Below, one piece after another: positions 33,564 through 37,234 of a DNA stretch of 37,234 bases. This DNA comes from an uncultured Ktedonobacterales bacterium (GTDB lineage Bacteria > Chloroflexota > Ktedonobacteria > Ktedonobacterales > JADMIN01): assembly GCA_964469715.1 (NCBI GenBank), contig CAYYCB010000004.1:1-37234 (forward strand), in the 5' to 3' direction. A program made the translations under genes and the position numbers. The number at the start of each line of letters is the position of its first letter. Position 1 is the stretch's first letter. The notes under the pieces were generated by a model. The model made no database searches. It was not told where the DNA came from and saw nothing but the letters and a program-made list of their open reading frames with translations.

Positions 33564-35120
33564 TCAGGCGGACATTGCCTCAGCCGGCGGTTGACTAGCA
33601 AGCCCGATAATGGTCAGAGAGCAGACCACCTCAAGCCCGAACTGCAGCTCAATCGCGTGAACGTAGAGATTGTCTGTTGTGTTGTGAACAGCAAAGCCGA
33701 TAAGCGCCGCGAATATGCCGAGTGCATAGGGGTAGAGCTGATAGCCAGGTGCCGTGGCAGATACCCGGTTGCGTGCGCGGCTCACAGCCGTCCATGCGAC
33801 CGCGAGCACGGCTCCCGCAAGTGTTAGATAGACCAGTAAGCCTACGGCGCCCGTCTCAGCGGCCGCATTGATATAGTAGTTGTGAGCGTGGCCCAATCCT
33901 TCGTGCCACACGACAGGGTCTATTGTGAACTGAGGATAAGCGGCATCGTAATTTCCCGCGCCTACCCCGAATATTGGGTGCGCCCGGAACATGCGCAAGC
34001 CAGCCACCCAATGCGCCAGTCGCTCCATTGTCGAGAAGTTGGCGGCAGTCAATTCTCCGTGGATCGAGACATTATCCAGCCGGGCCGCGTGGAGAAGCTT
34101 GGCTTCTAAAGCGGCTGGGATTATCCCCAAAAACCAGACGAGCGCCAGGATCGGCGCCCCGAAGCCGAGCGCCAGCCCGACGAGCTTCTCCTTGCGAAGT
34201 CCCACTACCACAATCACGGCGATGGCTGCCGCGATTCCTAGGAGGCCGCCACGCGAATCGGCCAGGGCGAGTGCGCCGAACATCAAAAGGCTTGCCCCGC
34301 CAGCGATCCATCTCTCACGCGCATCCGTGGCGAGGGCTGCGATGGTGACCGCAATAGGCAGTGAGAGATTGAGATAGCCAGCATAGGGATTTGGCTGGGC
34401 GAACGTGCCGAAGGAGCGGAGTCCGTCGGCTGGCGCGCCAGGCCCCGCCACAGGGTAGATCCACTGGCCGAATCCAAGCAAAGCCTCGGCCACACCGACC
34501 GCAATCGCGGCCCAAAGAACAATGCGCACGTCGCGAGCCGAGCGCAAAAAGTAGCGCCCGGAAATCACAATTATTGTGACCTCAAGCCACTTGATAAGCT
34601 CTTTGAGTGTCGCGGTCCGATCAAGGGCCGTTATTCCCGACAGAATGATTGCCACCACGTAGGCAAATAGGCAGGCCAGAATTACACTGGTTGGCCGGTC
34701 CATCACCAGGGTGCGACGAATCCTGGCGAGCAGATCATCGAGTGTGTGGGCTGGGGATCGCCTATCGCTTGTGGATTTCACTAGGACGCGGGCAACCATT
34801 GACGCCGCCAACATCGCCACAACGAGATCGGCTGGCCCCGCTCGCAATCCCTTCACCGAGATCATGAACGCCGGACCAAAGGCGACGCAGGCGGGGAGGG
34901 CGAAAAGCCCGAGTTGAGGTGACGCTGCGATAGCCGCCACGATTGCGATGGTTCCGATGCCGCCGAGGACTATTAGAGGAGGCAGAGCGACGAGGGCGAG
35001 GCCGACGAGCACACCAATGGCGGCTATCGCAAGTGTGGCCATCTTCCGCTGATTGGGCAACCAGTCCGCGTAGGCACGCCAGACCGCCATGTATGCTCTC
35101 TCAGTCCTGTACGCTTTCAA
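33564..35120 (-). CDS. O-antigen ligase / Wzy-family polytopic membrane protein
   Basis: More than 10 TM segments, and a central loop with DSRGGLLGIAAAIAV typical of the Wzy_C domain. Confidence 0.7.
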   Translation of the reverse strand: MKAYRTERAYMAVWRAYADWLPNQRKMATLAIAAIGVLVGLALVALPPLIVLGGIGTIAIVAAIAASPQLGLFALPACVAFGPAFMISVKGLRAGPADLVVAMLAASMVARVLVKSTSDRRSPAHTLDDLLARIRRTLVMDRPTSVILACLFAYVVAIILSGITALDRTATLKELIKWLEVTIIVISGRYFLRSARDVRIVLWAAIAVGVAEALLGFGQWIYPVAGPGAPADGLRSFGTFAQPNPYAGYLNLSLPIAVTIAALATDARERWIAGGASLLMFGALALADSRGGLLGIAAAIAVIVVVGLRKEKLVGLALGFGAPILALVWFLGIIPAALEAKLLHAARLDNVSIHGELTAANFSTMERLAHWVAGLRMFRAHPIFGVGAGNYDAAYPQFTIDPVVWHEGLGHAHNYYINAAAETGAVGLLVYLTLAGAVLAVAWTAVSRARNRVSATAPGYQLYPYALGIFAALIGFAVHNTTDNLYVHAIELQFGLEVVCSLTIIGLASQPPAEAMSA

Positions 35121-35265
35121 CCAGGCCCTTTATCGCGTTCGCCACCCATGGTATCGCATGGTGACCGCGAATGCGAGCATCCGGGACACATGCGCTGACC
35201 AGGCGCTCTCAGCCCAGAGACATGACGGTTAAGAACGGCCTGTTGGTTGGCATGGCTTGCCGCGG

Positions 35266-36360
35266 TTACAATGCATCGCTCAGCCTTGAACTACTCGCCG
35301 GCGTCACGCTCGTCATGATCACGCCCATAGTCTGTGGGATGACCTTGCGCGAGATCACCTGCTCGAAACGCCCTATCGATTGAGTCGTGACAATCACGGT
35401 ATCACCAAGGTCATAAGTCGCACCTTGGTCGCCAGTCGGAGCGATGCTATGACCATCTATCCCCCCCGAACCGCCGTGGCTGCCGCCGGTCCCCCGGCCA
35501 TCAGGCGTCTTCGTGGGAGTAGGAGGCGTTGCTTCCGGTAGGCGAGTCGGGGAGGTTGGCTTGTTGGACCCCGGAGTTGCGGTGGAGCCGTCGCCGTTGT
35601 GAAAGCCAGGGATAGGTCCAGGTAGCAGGATACGATTCGCATCAATGGCCGCTTGCGAGGCGCGTCCAGCGGCACTCAGTTCGTCAACGAAGGTGGAGTC
35701 TCCTGACTGGTCCGCGACATGTGTAGCATCCTGTTGCGCCGAAAGAACGGACGCTAGCTGGGCGACCAGGGTCTGTGGGTTCTCGTGTTGCGTTGTCATG
35801 CGGCCTACAAGGTCAGCGATGGCCACAACATCCGACTGATATTCTTGGACAAGCGACTGTGCACGTTGCTTGTGGCCAGCGGTAGATTCTTGGATCGCCT
35901 CGTCAAGCCGTCGTCGCGCCATTACTACCAACACATCCCCGCGTCGCTGATCCGACCAGGCAGTGTTGAGCGCGGCCCACTCTTCGGCACGCTTGAGCGC
36001 ATAGAGCGGTGACGACGGCATTGCCGAGGCGGAGGCGCGCGAGACGCCGACAGCAAGCGTAATGAACACCATGAGCGTGGCCGCGGCGGTGAGCCCCTGA
36101 AACAATGAATAACGTCGCGGAGCTCGACGCTGTCTGCCAGTTCCCGCGCCACCCCGAAGTGGAACGGGTTGCAGCATGGCAATGGCCAGCATCACCCCAA
36201 TCCGCTCCTTGACCGCGGCGACCTCGCCAGGAGGGAAGGGTATGTCGCGAATCATCTGTCCAATCTGCTCAACCTCGACCTCGCGTGGAACCGATTGCGA
36301 AGCATCGCTGTCGTGCGCGTCTCCGCGCTGGTGCGGGCCCAGGAGGCGTTTATCGTCCAT
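35266..36360 (-). CDS. Membrane-anchored anti-sigma-like protein (DUF5667-like ectodomain, Pro/Gly/Thr-rich linker)
   Basis: Overlaps the ECF sigma stop by 11 nt. Single TM (AAATLMVFITLAVGV), then LYALKRAEEWAAL and a helical region resembling DUF5667. Confidence 0.5.
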   Translation of the reverse strand: MDDKRLLGPHQRGDAHDSDASQSVPREVEVEQIGQMIRDIPFPPGEVAAVKERIGVMLAIAMLQPVPLRGGAGTGRQRRAPRRYSLFQGLTAAATLMVFITLAVGVSRASASAMPSSPLYALKRAEEWAALNTAWSDQRRGDVLVVMARRRLDEAIQESTAGHKQRAQSLVQEYQSDVVAIADLVGRMTTQHENPQTLVAQLASVLSAQQDATHVADQSGDSTFVDELSAAGRASQAAIDANRILLPGPIPGFHNGDGSTATPGSNKPTSPTRLPEATPPTPTKTPDGRGTGGSHGGSGGIDGHSIAPTGDQGATYDLGDTVIVTTQSIGRFEQVISRKVIPQTMGVIMTSVTPASSSRLSDAL

Positions 36361-36931
36361 TGCGCGACTGCCTCCCCTGCACGTAAGCTAGCGCCCTTCG
36401 TAGGGCCTCGATTGCTCGGAACTGCATGCCTCGTACAGTTCCTTCATGTTTGCCCATGATGTCGCCCACTTCGCGCGCCGACAGACCTTCCACAAATCGC
36501 AAAAGGACCACTTCGCGCTGTTCATCGGTGAGTTGTTGCATGGCCTGATGCAGCTCGGCGAAGGTTAGCCGGCGTTCGAGCACCGCGTCTGGTGTCGTCA
36601 CTTCTTGTTGGGCTAGCTCGGCATCGAGTTCGTTGTCGAGCGACACCATGGGCTTCACACGCCGATAGCGGTCTACCAATGCGTTATGCGCCAGGCGGAA
36701 GAGCCAACCAGCGAAACTCGCGTTATGCGTGGGAGTGAAGCGATCAATCGTGCGCCAGGCGCTCAAGAATACCCCTGCGGTGACGTCCTCGGCGTCGGTC
36801 GGATTCCCAAGCCGCAAGCGCGCATATCTGTACACCCTCTCGAAGTAGAGGTTGTAGAGTTGGCCGAAGGCATCGGGATCGCGCTTTACGGCGCGCGCCA
36901 CGAGTGACGATTCTGCTTCGTCTAGTGTCAC
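36350..36931 (-). CDS. ECF-type RNA polymerase sigma factor (sigma-70 family, regions 2 and 4)
   Basis: FGQLYNLYFERVYRYA and DAEDVTAGVFLSAW (region 2). LTDEQREVVLLRFVEGLSAREVGDIMGKHEGTVRGMQFRAIEALR (region 4). GTG start. Confidence 0.9.
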   Translation of the reverse strand: MTLDEAESSLVARAVKRDPDAFGQLYNLYFERVYRYARLRLGNPTDAEDVTAGVFLSAWRTIDRFTPTHNASFAGWLFRLAHNALVDRYRRVKPMVSLDNELDAELAQQEVTTPDAVLERRLTFAELHQAMQQLTDEQREVVLLRFVEGLSAREVGDIMGKHEGTVRGMQFRAIEALRRALAYVQGRQSRNGR

Positions 36932-37001
36932 CTAGCGCTCGCCTGCTCTCTTCGATGACTCGTGGATGCAGCCTGGCATCTGGCCCATTAGTTGAAACGA
37001 G

Positions 37002-37234
37002 TCACGACGCAAGGTGTATCGCATATTGATATTGAGCGCGCGGCACCGTTCGCGTTAGCCAAATTGAGAAATCTAGCCGAGGTAGCCGATTGACCACGGC
37101 GGCCGCGTCTGCCAACTGGCGGAAAGGGGCAAAAAGCGTTGGCCCGCTACCGCTCATGCAGACCACCTGTGCGCCCGCCCGCAAAAGCGCATTGCGTGCT
37201 TCGACGACCGCGGGAGTGGTGCGAATCACGCCGG
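37002..37234 (-). CDS. ispE: 3' part of a GHMP-family kinase, probably 4-diphosphocytidyl-2-C-methyl-D-erythritol kinase (gene continues beyond window)
   Basis: The ALLRAGAQVVCMSGSGPTLFAPF GHMP motif 3 lies near the C-terminus. The reading frame is open to the window edge. Confidence 0.55.
   Translation of the reverse strand, partial: GVIRTTPAVVEARNALLRAGAQVVCMSGSGPTLFAPFRQLADAAAVVNRLPRLDFSIWLTRTVPRAQYQYAIHLAS

Noticed and set aside
1-37234. Search for mobile elements, integrases, toxin-antitoxin or defence genes, CRISPR repeats, rRNA and tRNA
   Set aside because: No transposase or integrase-like ORFs, terminal inverted repeats, regularly spaced repeats or structured RNA genes were seen. 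Every gap of about 100 nt or more that I could assess looked like a promoter, terminator or leader region.

Overview
GC-rich bacterial chromosomal window with about 40 genes. I found no rRNA, tRNA, CRISPR array or mobile element. Taxonomy cannot be fixed from sequence alone; the lipoprotein-anchored redox proteins and gene content fit an aerobic Chloroflexota-like or similar lineage. The core is a ~15 kb minus-strand supercluster (19387 down to 4324). In it, a complete but atypical System I cytochrome c maturation set sits inside a caa3-type cytochrome c oxidase operon. The set is ccmG, ccdA, ccmE, ccmF, a ccmH-like gene, a ccmI-like gene and ccmABCD; the oxidase genes are ctaB, sco, ctaC, ctaD ... 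coxIV-like, ctaE. The unusual points are: CcmE carries Cys-x3-Phe instead of His-x3-Tyr; the CcmH homologue has no cysteine; and two uncharacterised membrane proteins plus a CopD-like protein are embedded in the block. Downstream on the same strand are a zinc-ribbon membrane protein, a DUF3054-like protein, and a separately promoted pair encoding a small acidic protein and a radical SAM enzyme. Divergent from ctaB is a PAS / degenerate histidine kinase / degenerate receiver / OmpR-wHTH fusion. It is followed by a lipoprotein cupredoxin, a TPR protein, mnmG, and an OmpR/HK pair whose kinase has a four-Cys PAS domain. The right end (minus strand) is a cell-envelope block: methyltransferase, YtxH, PHP phosphoesterase, two GT4 glycosyltransferases, O-antigen-ligase-like protein, anti-sigma-like protein, ECF sigma and partial ispE. 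The left end holds an EF-G-family 3' end and a GT9 glycosyltransferase. All functional calls come from motif recognition by eye; no database search was possible.
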